A stretch of DNA of 64,000 nucleotides from Amoebidium appalachense (GCA_963693365.1 CAVNZM010000003.1:8899808-8963807); one strand, 5' to 3'. Positions 25,938 through 38,453 are shown, numbered from the stretch's first letter. Program-made: numbers and translations. Notes: generated by a model from the sequence alone, not told the origin.

Positions 25938-28900
25938 TCAATCCACAATATCCGGTAAACAAAGTCGAGCACGATGGTGGACATGACTCGGGCCGGGGAG
26001 GGGTTTGGTGAGTATGTCAGCTAAGTTGTGGGCTGACTCAACGTAGTGGACAACCACGTCCCCACTGGCAATGTAGTCCTTGGTGTTGTGATACCGGACG
26101 GCAATGTGTTTGGTACGGTGCTTGATGCCGGTGGAGTTGACGATGGCGATGGTCGACTGGTTGTCACAGTACACCGGAGTCGGAGCAAGCATGGGACAGC
26201 CGAGTTCCTTGAAGAGGTCACGGACCCAAGCAACTTCTTGGGTGCCAGCATTGAGAGCAATCAGCTCAGCTTCAGTGGTGCTGGTAGCCGTGATGGGCTG
26301 GAGCTTGGAGTACCAGATGACGGGCATACCAGCAAACACGATAATGTAGCCGGTGGTAGACTTCTTGCTGTCGGCACAACCAGCAAAGTCAGCATCCGTG
26401 TAGCATTCGAGTATGGGGGACTGGGTGGCCGAGTACTTGTAGTCAATGCCAAGGTCAATGGTGCCGAGCAGGTACCGGGCCACACGACGGAGAAGGTCCC
26501 AGTGAGTCTTGCCGGGGTTGGTGCTGAACCGACCAAGGAAGCCGATGGCATAGGCAATGTCGGGACGTGTGCACCGTGCCACCCAGAGGAGACGGCCGAG
26601 TAACTCACGGTAGGGCACGGTGAACGGTTGGGGGGGGCAATCAGCCAGGGAGACGGTGGTGCCTGCAGGGATGGGGGTAGACTTGGACTTGGCATCGGTG
26701 AGGTTGAAGTCGTGGATGATATCCATGATGTAAGACCTCTGGTGCATGTGGAGGTGATGGGGATCAGAGTGATTAAAATCAACACCGAGCATACGGTCAA
26801 ATGGACTCATACGACAGCTGGCCATCTTGCTGATGTGGGCAGCCAGGTCACTGGCAGCAGTAGAACCCCGGGTGTTGGTGATGGTGGAGTCATCGACGTA
26901 GTTACCAGCCCGTACCACATCGTTGTTGGGGAAGAACCGGAGGTAGATGCACGGGTCGGTCTTAGTACGGGTCAGGCCATGGGCAAGAAGAATGCCGTCG
27001 AGGAAGTCGTACCAAGCCTTGGAGGCTTGCTTGAGGCCGTACAGGGCTTTCTTGAGTCTCCAGACCTTGCCAAGTGTGGCCATGGTGATGAATCCCGGGG
27101 GTTGTTTCATGTAGATGGTCTCGGTGAGTGGGCTGTTGAGAAAGGCCGTAGACACGTCGAGTTGATGTATGTCATGACCTTCAACAACGGCCAGAGCTAG
27201 GATGGCACGGAGAGCAGCCGGACGGATGACAGGGCTCTCAATCAACTCATAGTCAACACCGTATTGCTGACTGAAGCCTTGAGCAACACCACGTGCCTTG
27301 ATCTTGGTGTCACCAGCCGAGTTGAGAGTTTTCTCGGAGACAATCCACTTGAAGCCGACGATGTTAGCACCAGGGGGAGGGTCAACAAGTTCAAAGATGT
27401 CTTTGTCGACGAAGGCTTGATACTCAGCAGTCAGGGCTGACTTGACCTGATCACCATTGGGTCCGGAACAGAGTTGACGGACAAGTTTGGGTAGTTGGTC
27501 GATGTTGATGGGGGGACCGGGGGGGACTGGCAGGGTGGTGGTGGCTTGAAGTCCAACCTTGCCCTGGAGACGGGCAGAACGACGGGGTGCAGGAACCGGG
27601 GTAGGTGGAGACGGTGGGGGGGGAACTTGGAAGTTCGGAAGTGCAGGGGGGGCAACCTCCGGGCTGGACGGGGCCGAGTGGAAGTTGTCGGGGGAGCCGG
27701 GTCGGATGGGTGTGACGTTGCCAGGGGCAGGATGAGGGTCGGCAGGCTGGACGGGCACGGGGGCAGGGGGGCCGGTGGGGGGGGGTGTCGGGGGAACGAC
27801 GATGGCAGGAGGGGGGCCAGAGTACACCAGACAAACATCATCTTCAGTGTCAACTGTGGGGGGTGGGGTGGTCGAGGTAGCAGTGGTGTCGGGGGTCGGA
27901 AGGGTTGATGGAATGTCGGACGGGAGATAAGCTGATTCGTCGAAAATCACATCACGGAAGAGGCCGACACGATGGGTGGTGGCATTGAAGATCCGGTGGC
28001 AGTGTGATTGAAGATCATAGCCGATATACATGCCGAGTTTGACGGTGGGGGCCAGCTTGTTCCGTTTAGAGGCTGGCACGTGAGTGTAGGCAGGGCAACC
28101 GAACACTTTGAGCTCGGAGATGTCGGGCTTGACACCGTAGAAAACCTCGAATGGTGTACGACCATTGGCAGTCGTGGACGGGGTGACGTTGATGATGTAG
28201 GCGGCATGTTGGAGGGCCTCAGCCCACAGTTTGGGAGACAGAGACTGATCTTGGACTTGATGGAGGAGGCAACGGACAATCTCTTGGAGGAACCGCATAC
28301 GTCGTTCAACATAGCCGTTCAGTTGAGGGCAGTCCACCGGAGCATAGCTGGCCTTGATGCCCTGGGAGAGGCAAAAAGCACGGGTATCCTTGGAGGTGAA
28401 CTCAGAGCCGGAGTCGAAGTGGTAAACACCAACTTTGGAGGGGGCATGGGTGGCAACGAGGTTGGTGTGAGCTGTGAGAATATCCAGGGTGGTGGTACGG
28501 TCGGCCATCGGGTAGATCTTGACGAGGCCAGAGGCACGGCAGACAGTGACGAGAGCAACCTTGGAACCTCCGTACGATGTTGTGGTAGGCTCAAAAAAAT
28601 CCCAATGCCATTCATGACCGGGGATGTTGGAGTGAGGACGGTCACCCCTGAACGGAGCCTTGGTGGTCTTACCCATAATGCAGCCATGACAATCAGGAAC
28701 ATCACAGTCGAGGACAGAGGAGGGGAGACCAATAACAAGGTCGTGTTTCACCATGTCCTTGATGCTGGTCATAGCTCGGTGCCCCAGACGATGGTGCCAG
28801 ATGGATGGGTTAACACTGGTAGTGGCAGCCAGAGCCACAGGACGAGTGGGTGGTTGAATGGTGTAGTCCTTGAAGTAATACAGACCGTTGTGTAGACGGA

Positions 28901-30230
28901 GGTTGACGAGATGACGGCCGGTGAGTCGGTCGAAGAGGAATGACGGAGTGGAGGCATCGTTCAAATCACCCTTGATGTATTCGGCAGCAGCTTGGGATGT
29001 TGAAATGAGGAAGGCTTGGCCAGACGGGGTGTAGTAGGCTTCAATGGTTAGGGTGGTAGTGCCATGGTCGGTGGTGGTGTTGATGACGATATGGCCGGTG
29101 TGAGTGGCCAAGACGGGGGTGCCATTGAAGGCAGCAACGGGAGTCGGTGTCGGAAGGGGAGTGAGGTCATGGAAGAACTCACGGGTGGGGCAAACAGTCA
29201 TGTTGCACCCGGAATCCCAGGCAGGGTCGGAGGACACGGGGACGGAGCTAGCATTGTATGCCGAGAAAGCAAAGGAGACAGATTTCTCACTGCCTTGACG
29301 GGAACGGTTGTGTCTGGACATACGGCATTTCGGCTCAGGGCAATCGATGATCGTGTGATCAGGCTCGTGGCAGTAGGAGCATTCTTTCACGGACGGGGTG
29401 TTAGAACGAGCCGGGGAATCAGAACGACGGGAACCCGAGAAACGGGAACGACTGGGGGAACGAGACGTGGACCGGAAGACAGGCCGGTGGGGGGAACGGG
29501 ATCGGGTGTGCTGACGGGAGAGACGAGTTCGGAGGTCCGTGCCAGAGGTACGGTCAAGTCGGGTGCGTAAGTCACGGCGAGGAAGATCACGGGGGGGAGT
29601 ACTGGCATTTAATGCCATGCTGGACTTGGAGGCACGGTGGGCACGGTTGTTCCGGAGTTGCATCTTGAGGTCTTGACGTAACTCGATGCCCTTGACGTGG
29701 TTATGGAGGGACTCGAAGTCGGGGAATAGCTTATCACCGAAGTGATAGTCTTCGATAAGACGATTGAACTCAGGGGTGAGGTCGTCTCTGGTGGTGAGTT
29801 CATTGAAGAACTTCTCAGCTAGACGAGTGAAGTGAATGGACTCATCTTGGAGAGACTGGAGCTGGTTCACGATGGTCTGCAGACGGCTCAGGTAGGTGGT
29901 GAATGATTCACCGGGCTGAAGGGCACAGGCATCCCACTGACGGTGAAGGATGCGGATCTGATCGGGTTTGCCTTGGAGATAGTGTTGACGGAATTTCCAC
30001 ATGGCCCGTTCAGGGTCCATGCCAATACGGTACTGGGCAACGGTGGTGAGGACGGAAGGGTCGATGTTCTGTATCATATGGAGCAGGAGGCAATTGCGGG
30101 CCTCTTTGAGTTCCGCGGTAGTGCCGTAGCCATAGAAGGGGGGTTCACCGTCAACCGCGACGGTGGTAGGGGGGACGTAGTTGTCAGCAAGGACAACATC
30201 CACGAGTCGGACACCTTTAGTGCCGGTCAT
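25938..30230 (-). CDS. Copia gag-pol polyprotein, 1430 aa (the true N-terminus MDPNK at 32662 is separated by the insertion)
   Basis: CSYCHEPDHTIIDC knuckle; protease WDSGC; WHHRLGH..CHGC; integrase WDFF / FDSGSEF / NGYVER; RT LDVSTAFL and YVDD; RNase H YTDADFAG, TEAEL, CDNQS, LADILTK. Domain order PR-IN-RT-RH. Confidence 0.97.
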   Translation of the reverse strand: MTGTKGVRLVDVVLADNYVPPTTVAVDGEPPFYGYGTTAELKEARNCLLLHMIQNIDPSVLTTVAQYRIGMDPERAMWKFRQHYLQGKPDQIRILHRQWDACALQPGESFTTYLSRLQTIVNQLQSLQDESIHFTRLAEKFFNELTTRDDLTPEFNRLIEDYHFGDKLFPDFESLHNHVKGIELRQDLKMQLRNNRAHRASKSSMALNASTPPRDLPRRDLRTRLDRTSGTDLRTRLSRQHTRSRSPHRPVFRSTSRSPSRSRFSGSRRSDSPARSNTPSVKECSYCHEPDHTIIDCPEPKCRMSRHNRSRQGSEKSVSFAFSAYNASSVPVSSDPAWDSGCNMTVCPTREFFHDLTPLPTPTPVAAFNGTPVLATHTGHIVINTTTDHGTTTLTIEAYYTPSGQAFLISTSQAAAEYIKGDLNDASTPSFLFDRLTGRHLVNLRLHNGLYYFKDYTIQPPTRPVALAATTSVNPSIWHHRLGHRAMTSIKDMVKHDLVIGLPSSVLDCDVPDCHGCIMGKTTKAPFRGDRPHSNIPGHEWHWDFFEPTTTSYGGSKVALVTVCRASGLVKIYPMADRTTTLDILTAHTNLVATHAPSKVGVYHFDSGSEFTSKDTRAFCLSQGIKASYAPVDCPQLNGYVERRMRFLQEIVRCLLHQVQDQSLSPKLWAEALQHAAYIINVTPSTTANGRTPFEVFYGVKPDISELKVFGCPAYTHVPASKRNKLAPTVKLGMYIGYDLQSHCHRIFNATTHRVGLFRDVIFDESAYLPSDIPSTLPTPDTTATSTTPPPTVDTEDDVCLVYSGPPPAIVVPPTPPPTGPPAPVPVQPADPHPAPGNVTPIRPGSPDNFHSAPSSPEVAPPALPNFQVPPPPSPPTPVPAPRRSARLQGKVGLQATTTLPVPPGPPINIDQLPKLVRQLCSGPNGDQVKSALTAEYQAFVDKDIFELVDPPPGANIVGFKWIVSEKTLNSAGDTKIKARGVAQGFSQQYGVDYELIESPVIRPAALRAILALAVVEGHDIHQLDVSTAFLNSPLTETIYMKQPPGFITMATLGKVWRLKKALYGLKQASKAWYDFLDGILLAHGLTRTKTDPCIYLRFFPNNDVVRAGNYVDDSTITNTRGSTAASDLAAHISKMASCRMSPFDRMLGVDFNHSDPHHLHMHQRSYIMDIIHDFNLTDAKSKSTPIPAGTTVSLADCPPQPFTVPYRELLGRLLWVARCTRPDIAYAIGFLGRFSTNPGKTHWDLLRRVARYLLGTIDLGIDYKYSATQSPILECYTDADFAGCADSKKSTTGYIIVFAGMPVIWYSKLQPITATSTTEAELIALNAGTQEVAWVRDLFKELGCPMLAPTPVYCDNQSTIAIVNSTGIKHRTKHIAVRYHNTKDYIASGDVVVHYVESAHNLADILTKPLPGPSHVHHRARLCLPDIVD

Positions 30231-30231
30231 C

Positions 30232-32467
30232 GGTTTTATTTGTGGAATTTATTGACATAAATATTTTTCTGGGTAAACACGTAGGATGGGTGTTCGATAT
30301 TGACATAACCATGTAGGCTTCGTTTCGTGTTTTAGCAGTTCGCGATTGGCCGCTCGCACACGGGCACCTATTAGCTAATCAAAACATCAGATTCCACATA
30401 TCGCTAGACCGATTTTGATTGGTTCGATTCAGATTCACATATCACTGGATCGATTTTCAATTGGCTCAGGTCGGTAGGCTTAGGTATATAAGCAAGACAG
30501 TTTTCAGCAGATCAGCAAGCTACAAACACATCTTCTGTGTTGAGCACCTACAGCCCTTACGGCTATACATTTTCTTTTCACACTCCGTGACAACTCTTGA
30601 CACGAGCTCCTGTCACACCTTGACAATCGTGCCATCCTTGCAAGTTCAGCTTGCCCTCGTGTCCTCCTCGCAAGTTAGGCTTGCACTCCTGCCAGTTCCG
30701 TCCCGGTTAGGGCTAGTCGCCCTACAAGTTCCTCGACACTTCAAGAAGATTTCCTGACATGGTCCCTCACGCGCCGCGCCGCTGTGATCTAAGTCCCTAC
30801 CACTCGTTTAATTTCAAACCCCGTTTTCAATCCCGATGGCCTAGAATTTCACACCCCGCTTCGATCCGCATTGACTATCCTCGCTCATAGTCCTTGCCCG
30901 ATTGCCCTTCTGAGTATTCAAATACGGTACTCCAATCGCGTCGCTTATGTTAAACCCAGTCAAAGCACCTTGTGCTTTCCTACTGTTCAGGAGTACTGAC
31001 CCCAAGTCCCTGCCAGAACAGCTTACCGTGTTCAACCCGCCTCCTTCCCTGTTTTCCCACCCTGTTTCCCGCCATGTCTCCCCCCACCATGACTTCACTG
31101 TCGATGGATACCTCACATTCCATTGGTCTGCCCCGCATTCCAGCAGCATTTTTTCCTCAGATCACAAGGCCAGCCTCGTCGAGATCTCAGCTACCCCAAA
31201 CCCTGCACGGCCCCAGTTCCCCTGCAGCTGTTCCCCCCTGTTGCCACCCGACCCCGGCCAGCTACACATGCTGCCAGGTCCGGTCGTTCCCATCCACGTT
31301 TCTGCCCAGCCAGCCTACCGTGCTGCCTGCCCATCCACGTTTCTGCCCAGCCAGCCTACCGTGCTGCCCGCCCCCGTTTCCAAAGCCCCTGGCCCGACCC
31401 AGTTAACCTTCTCCGTCCGGACTTACCTGCCTTTGACCCTGCCTCCGTCGTGCCTGATCCCAAAACCAATCCCGTCAAAGCCCCTCCTCCCCTCCCTGTT
31501 CCGGCTTTCCCAGTAACCCCCGAGCAGCAAGAACCCTCAGGCTCGACGCCCCTCCAAACGAATTTCAAATTACGCGACCTCCGCAACCAGCTGCCCAACG
31601 CTCCCGCGGGCACTGACGCGCCTCCGGCGGCCCCCACCACCACGGACCCTCCAAGCCACTCTCCCCTCTACCCCTGAAGCCCCCCCTCAGGCCTGTCCCA
31701 TGTAGTACCCCAAGCCCGGCTGTGGTCTAAGACTTGATGGCTTCACACCGCCCCACAAGCCCGGCGGGGGACAAACCCCCCAACCGCCCCGACCCGCACC
31801 CCGGCCTGGCAACACCGGCCCGATCGGTGGAGCTACCCGCCACGCACTACATGAATTTCCACATTTAAGGTCGGTCCTGCGCTAAGCAGCCCTGCCCCCC
31901 TCTCCCACGTGTGCCCGCTCTGCTCTGGCACACACCCCCGCAAAGACTGCAAGCCTAATGCCTAGTCTACGCGCACACCCACACACACAGATAGAACATA
32001 GGGGCTAGGAGCTAGGATACACGGGTACAGGGACACGGAGCTCGGGAGCTCGGGTCACTAGGGCTAAGTACAAATTTTCGCAAGCCACCTACGGCGCCCG
32101 CGCGCGCCACAGAATACATGTCCCTACACAAAGACGTTATTCTGGCCACTGCACATAATTTTACTCCCCACCCATCCCACGAGCCCCCCCCCTTACACTC
32201 ACCCTAGCCCCCCCCCCCCCCCCCCCCCCCCTTCTAACTCTGTGTCCACCCGCATCCCCGCGTGCTCGGGCATCCCCTGCACATGGCCCCGCTGTTCTGC
32301 CTGCAACCTCCCTCGGGCCCAGCTGCCCGCACACACAGATAGAACATAGGGGCTAGGTGCTAGGATACACGGGTACAGGGACACGGAGCTCGGGAGCACG
32401 GGCCACTAGGGCTGAGTACAAATTTTTGCAGGCCACCTACGGCGCCCGCGCGCGCCACAGAATACAT
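30232..32467 (+). mobile_element. Deleted Ngaro-family derivative inserted antisense in copia gag
   Basis: Starts with a diverged copy of the A repeat (GGTTTTATTTGTGGAA...). 31570-32320 is homologous to parts of 38515-39990. Internal duplication ~31978-32122 / 32327-32470. No RT or YR. Confidence 0.9.
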
Positions 32468-34531
32468 GTCAACCGCGACGGTGGTAGGGGGGACGTAGTT
32501 GTCAGCAAGGACAACATCCACGAGTCGGACACCTTTAGTGCCGGTCATCATGCCGAGAAAAATGATTTCCCATTGAAAATAGGTAGTTTTGCTATCGGGA
32601 CCAGTCTTCCCTTCACCTTTCCACATGGTGATTTTGTTTACGCCAGTTTTGTTTGGATCCATGATTGAAAAACGAGCGCGAGTTCTAGATGTGTGTAGGG
32701 AGCGTGCAAAAGGGCTGCATAACCTGTTAAATTCTATAAGTATTTAGGATGTAAGCAGAGACACAGTGGTGCAGTGTGAAAACACCACAGACACACACAA
32801 CAACAAAACACGGAACGATCGGAGCAGTGTACACAACAGACATCAATGTTTAGACACGACTGAACTCAATTTATTTTGATCGCTAATAAATACCTGAAAT
32901 TCCCTTAAGTTAAATCCATACATGATTTCCGACCAGTCGGAAATCAGATCTATGTCTAAAATAACCAATCATAATTAACTGATTATTTCCCGGATAGATC
33001 CGGAGACGCGGGAACACACACCATAGGTCACAGCTATAAGAAAGAAAAGAGGTGAAGAGTAACGAGGAAAGAGGTGGTGTTTCTAACCTATCATCGGCTA
33101 CAAAGACTCAGACATTTTCTGACTAAGTCCACTGATTGGATATAGTACGGCAACACACAAAACAAAAGTGGTTGACTAAGCTATGAATCATACCTGACAA
33201 GCTAAAGTGTAACCTAAGTGTTTTTCTACCAATCAAAACATAACGAGTAATATAAATCTACTCAACGTATATTAGTGAGAGAGAAATATAATTAAATGAA
33301 AGGAAACAAGAGAAGAAAGAAAGAGAAAAGAAAAGACGAAGAAAGAGGAAAAAGAAAAGAAAGCAGGACAGAAAACACGAACAGCAAAACACAGTTATAA
33401 CCGAAGATATTCATGTACACATAACATGTACACGTGTCTCCCTCACTGGGTAGACTCGTGTACCTATAATCAGTTGCTGTAATCGATATCTAAACACACG
33501 AATATAGCCGACACAACACGATTACAAGTACTCAAATACACTGGAGATCGATGTCATAATTTACGTACAAGGAGCACATCTTTTTCATTAAGTAAATGAA
33601 TGAAAACATAACACGAACTGAGAAGATCTTACAATATGTAAATACTACGTATTATAACAATATGTGCAGGTTATTATGGCTATATGGGAAGAAGAAACAA
33701 TGGAGAATTGAAAAGAAACACACACGGTGCGCATGCATTGAAACCCATTCTGATGCGATATTTCGGTTGCTTTGCTTTAGTGTCATTGTGGACGGTCCCA
33801 ACGGTACCGTAGCCGCGGCATTGCAAAAATGAATTACTGACCGGTGTCACATATGTATATGCAATTGACAGATATAGCTGGATCATTTAGTCCCTTATAT
33901 ACAGTGAAATGGGTCTAATGAGCCACCAAATGTAGTATATTATTATATGCTGAAGCCTATATAAAAGCACAAAAATACTGCTGTGGATGGTGCATGTTAT
34001 ACACGTACACCGTCCAGGGCTAGAAATTACATTTTAGGATTACTGTATTTTGGCACCTGCCTATTTTTGTCCAAAGATATTTACTTCCTTTTTACTTCCG
34101 ATATATATATACCTATCCGGCGCCGGGGCGCCCCCCCCGGACCCCCCCGTATGATTCATTGGCAATATCATAACCTTGCGTTTATATTACTATATATTAA
34201 AATTTTCCTGTCATTTATTCCCAACAATCATGTGTACCTTTTGTTTGAGGGCGATTTACGGTGTTGACTGCTCCAGGACCTTTCGATCGCGAGCCTCAGC
34301 CGAACTATTGTATATCTCAAAACATTTGTAGCTTGAATGCAAAACAAAATACAACGAGCTCAGAAAGCAGATTAAATTGGATATTGAGTGGATAATATTT
34401 CCTGCTTTTTCCATATGCTTTGTTAATGCGGTATGTATGTAGATAGCTTTTTTCGTGATTGCAAGTTCCAGTGTTTTCCTAGGAAAAAATCGGAAAAGCT
34501 GAGAGGTCCGGCTTTGGGCAGTTGGGCTTGT

Positions 34532-34588
<57 letters not shown>

Positions 34589-34689
34589 AGAGGGGGAGGG
34601 GGGAGGGCACTATTCTTTTTATTTACTTCCCCAACCTCCAACTCAGGTGGAACAAAGTCCCAGGCTTTACTGGTACTTTCTGAAAATTA

Positions 34690-37330
34690 GCGGTATATTT
34701 ACTTCCGAAACCAGTGTAATTTCCTGCCCTGACACCGTGGTCGGACCCAAGGCCGGAGGTTAGAAAATTTGAAATTTCAATAAATTTCAAATTTCCGCCC
34801 GTTATTACCAAAGGCGGAAATACGCCTCCTCCACCGTTTGCATTTTTGGTGAGCGAGTTCTTCTCCGCCTTTTATGAGTTGGGCTTCATTCCTTCGTCGC
34901 GGAATGACACTCTTGTTAATCTGCCCTCCGCCCGTTATCACCAAAGGCGGGAATACGCCTCCTCCTCCACCGTTTGCATATTTGGTGAGCGATTTCTTCT
35001 CCGCCTTTTATGAGTTGGGCCTCATTCCTTCATCGTGGCATGACACTCTTGTTAATCCAGACGTCCGCAAGAAGGTCTCTACTGGTCTGATTTCTTCTTT
35101 TCGGCCGGTCAGTCTTAACCAACAATGTTTCGTCGCGTATTCTACTATTCCTCCATATCGCGCGCCTTCCACAAGCATGAGACCTTATCCAATGTATTTC
35201 GATTAAGCAACATGATTCAGGGCGGGTTTCGGCATGCTTATTCGTGCTATACTCATGCTCGATTCTTTTACATGACACTATCCGTTCGGGATGTCGCGAG
35301 GTTTGCTTCATCGACCTTAAGAATGCCTGCGACACGCGTTCCGACGAATTTGCTTTGGCATAAGTTGGCGACTCGAGGGCTCCCACTTCCCTTTGGTCGA
35401 CTACTTCCGGCGTTATTTGACCGCACCCACTGGCATGGGGCTGCCGTTGTGAATGGGGTACTGAGTAACGGATTCTTTTACAGGGCTCTTTTTTGAGTCC
35501 CCTCCTTTTTGATGTCTTTACACATCTATCAAGGCATTTTCGCAAGTATTTCTAATGTCCATCCTGCTAATCTGCTCACTCTTTAAAAAGTTTTCTTCGT
35601 CCATGTTTCGAATATGGCCTCCCGTTACTCTTGTGTGCCCCTCCACGGCAACAGCGCGCGGTGCTTCGGGAATTCGATTCCTTTCACCGTGAATTCATCC
35701 AGTTCATCTCTCGGACCTCTCGTAGGCATCCTCTGGCGGCTCCTTTGCTGAGTGTTTTTGGTCTCCCTCCGGCGAGTCAGCGTATGAATGAGTTAGGCCT
35801 TCGCTTTTGTTTTCATTTGGTTAGGCTTCCTTCTTATCATCCGTTGTTGCAATTCTTTCCTTCTTTAGACCCTGTTCCCATTAAATTTTCTAATGTTCGT
35901 GCGAAATGCCTGTTGTAATACGTAGTATTTACATATGGTAAGATCTTCTCAGTTTGTGTTATGTTTCAGTTCATATGCTTAGTGTAAATGCCACACTCCT
36001 ATTATGTAAAGTGTAGCATCGATCTCCGATATGCTTGTATACTTGTAATCGTGTTGTATCGGCTTTAATCGTGTGTTGTAATATCGATTAGAATATTTAT
36101 TTGTGTGTACACGGATCCACCCACTCAGGGAGAGACGTGTACATGTTCGTGTGTACATAAATATCTCTGGTTATAGTTATGCTATTACTATCTTGCAATT
36201 GTTGATCTGTGCTTTCTTTTCCTTTCTCTTTCTCCTTCCTTATTTTCTTTTCTTTCTCTCCTTGTCTTCATGTGTATAATCGTATTTCTTTTCTACTAAT
36301 ATATGACTAATAGGTAGATTTGTGTTACTTAATACGTGTTCATTGGACGGTAACACACTTAGGCTACACTTAGAATAGCATGTGTGTTTAGACTTCATTA
36401 ATTCACTTTAGTTTTCATGTGTTGCCGGGCTTTAACCAATCATCAAGGTTAAGTGTGATATGTCTGAGTCTTTGCAGTATGTCATAGGTTAGAACTTCCT
36501 TGATGATGACACGAATTGACCTTAACTAGTGTCTGTGTCCTATCGTGTGCGTCTCCGCGTACCGGATCTCTCTGAAAGCAATTGGTTCTTAGTGATTGGT
36601 TTCTATTAGAGATAGATCTGATTTCCGACTGGTCGGAAATCATGTATGGATTGGACTTGGAGGAATTTCAGGTATTTATTCGAAGATCAGAATAAATTCA
36701 GTTCAGTCGTGTCTAAACATTGATGTCTGTTGTGTACACTGCTCCGATCGTTCCGTGTTTTGTTGTTGTGTGTGTCTGTGGTGTTTTTACACTGCACCAC
36801 TGTGTCTCTGCTTTCATCCCAAAAACTTATACAATTTAACAATGCCCTGTACCCAATCTATCTCCCATTCAGAGATATCCTTTTACATATTTGTCTCCTT
36901 TATTTTTCTCTTCCCTATTTATCAGCAGTATGTTACTTGCAGTGGTTTCCTACTCAATATCCTTTGCCTCATTGTTGTGATAAAGAGTATCATGGTAGGA
37001 CTCTTGGGCCTGTGCTTCTTTTTAAATCAGAGACTCGTCTATTTTCTCTACAATCGTTATGTAAATTAGCTACTTATATTCATCCTTCCTCTCATAAACC
37101 TACCACACTTGCCGATTTTGCCACTCTAACCCCTTTGTGTGATATTGCTTGGAAATGTTTATTTTGGCCGCGTTGTAACCATAGTTTCCATAAATGTTTG
37201 TGTCACTTTTGTGCAGAACCTTTTTCTTGCAAACATCTAGATAAATGTATTTAATTTCAGTTATCTCAGATTCTTCCGTTAGAAATTCGACGACTAGCTT
37301 ATTTAGATAAAATATTGACTATCTGTTGAA
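34690..37330 (+). pseudogene. Decayed non-LTR retrotransposon (LINE) RT and C-terminus, split by a solo LTR
   Basis: GLIPSSW, SFRPVSL, QGGFR, CFIDLKNACD, LLWHKL and LQGSFLSPLLF in shifting frames. C-terminal WPRCN..CHFC..F..KH..C. Internal ~133-bp duplication at 34794-35057. Confidence 0.8.
35911..36841 (+). mobile_element. Solo LTR (type A) of the copia family
   Basis: TGTTGTAATAC...TTTAACA with TSD ATGCC at 35906-35910 and 36842-36846. Confidence 0.97.
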
Positions 37331-37348
37331 CCACCGTATGTTTAACGA

Positions 37349-37552
37349 CTTCACTTTCACTTCGATCACTTTGCTTTCACATCAAAATTTTTCCCCGATT
37401 TTCCACTATGACGGATATATAAGAGCTTTCACTTCTTTCTCTTGGCTTCACTTTCACTTCGATCACTTTCCTTTCACATCAAATTTTTTCCCCGATTTTC
37501 CACTATGACGGATATATAAGATCTTTCGCTTCTTTCTCTTGGCTTCACTTTC
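37349..37552. repeat. 97-bp tandem repeat (two copies plus the start of a third) interrupted by an LTR
   Basis: Units start CTTCACTTTC at 37349, 37446 and 37543. Confidence 0.85.
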
Positions 37553-38064
37553 TGTTAAATTATATAAGTATTTGGGATGGAAGCAGAGACACAGTGGTGC
37601 AGTGTCAAAACACCACAGACACACAACAACAAAACACGGAAAGATCGGAGCAGTGTACACAACAGACATCAATGTTTAGACACGACTGAACTCAGTTTAT
37701 TTTTGATCTTCGAATAAATACCTGAAATTCCTCTAAGTCTAATCCATACATGATTTCCGACCAGTCGGAAATCAGATCTGTCTCTAATAGAAACCAATTA
37801 CTAAGAACCAATTGCTTTCAGAGAGATCTGGCACGCGGAGACGTACACGATAGGACACAGACACTAGTTAAGATCAACTCGTGTCATCATCAAGGAAGTT
37901 CTAACCTATGATACACTGCAAAGACTCAGTCATATCACACTTATCCTTGATGATTGGTTAAAGCCCGGCAACACATGAAAACTAAAGTAAATTAATGAAG
38001 TCTAATCACACATGTTATTCTAAGTGTAGCCTAAGTGTGTTACCGTCCAATCAACACATATTAA
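37553..38064 (-). mobile_element. 3' half of a type-A copia LTR, interrupted by the Ngaro element
   Basis: Reverse complement of the type-A LTR 3' portion. LTR sequence TAACACA resumes briefly at 43531. Confidence 0.93.
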
Positions 38065-38453
38065 GGTTTTATTTGTGGAAATTATTGACATAAATATTTT
38101 TCTGGGTAAACACGTAGGATGGGTGTTCGATACCAACATAACCATGTAGGCTTCATTTCGTGTTTTAGCAGTTAGCGGTTGGCTGCCCGCACACGGGCAC
38201 CTATTAGCCAGTCAAAACATCAGATACCACAGATCACTAGACCGAGTTATGATTGGCTCGGATCAGATTTCACATATCACTAGATCGATTTTTGATTGGC
38301 TCAGATCGGTAGGCTTAGGTATATAAGCACGACAGTTTTTAGCAGATCAGCAAGCTACAAACACATCTTCTGTGTTTAGCATCCACAGCCTTACAGCTAT
38401 ATATTCCTTTTCACTCCTTTTCATTCTCCCTATCTTTCCCTACGCCGGTCAGC

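Larger units (their letters stand above)
24598..33659 (-). mobile_element. Full-length Ty1/copia LTR retrotransposon, copy 1 (type-B LTRs), with an internal insertion
   Basis: 935-bp near-identical LTRs at 24598-25532 and 32725-33659 (TG...CA). 5-bp TSD ATATG at 24593-24597 and 33660-33664. PBS at 32698-32724 and PPT next to the 3' LTR. Confidence 0.97.

Noticed and set aside
26046-29570. Long antisense ORFs over copia pol (e.g. 295 aa), repeated in copy 2
   Set aside because: Expected from C-ending codon bias. Conservation is trivial between near-identical copies and there are no motifs.
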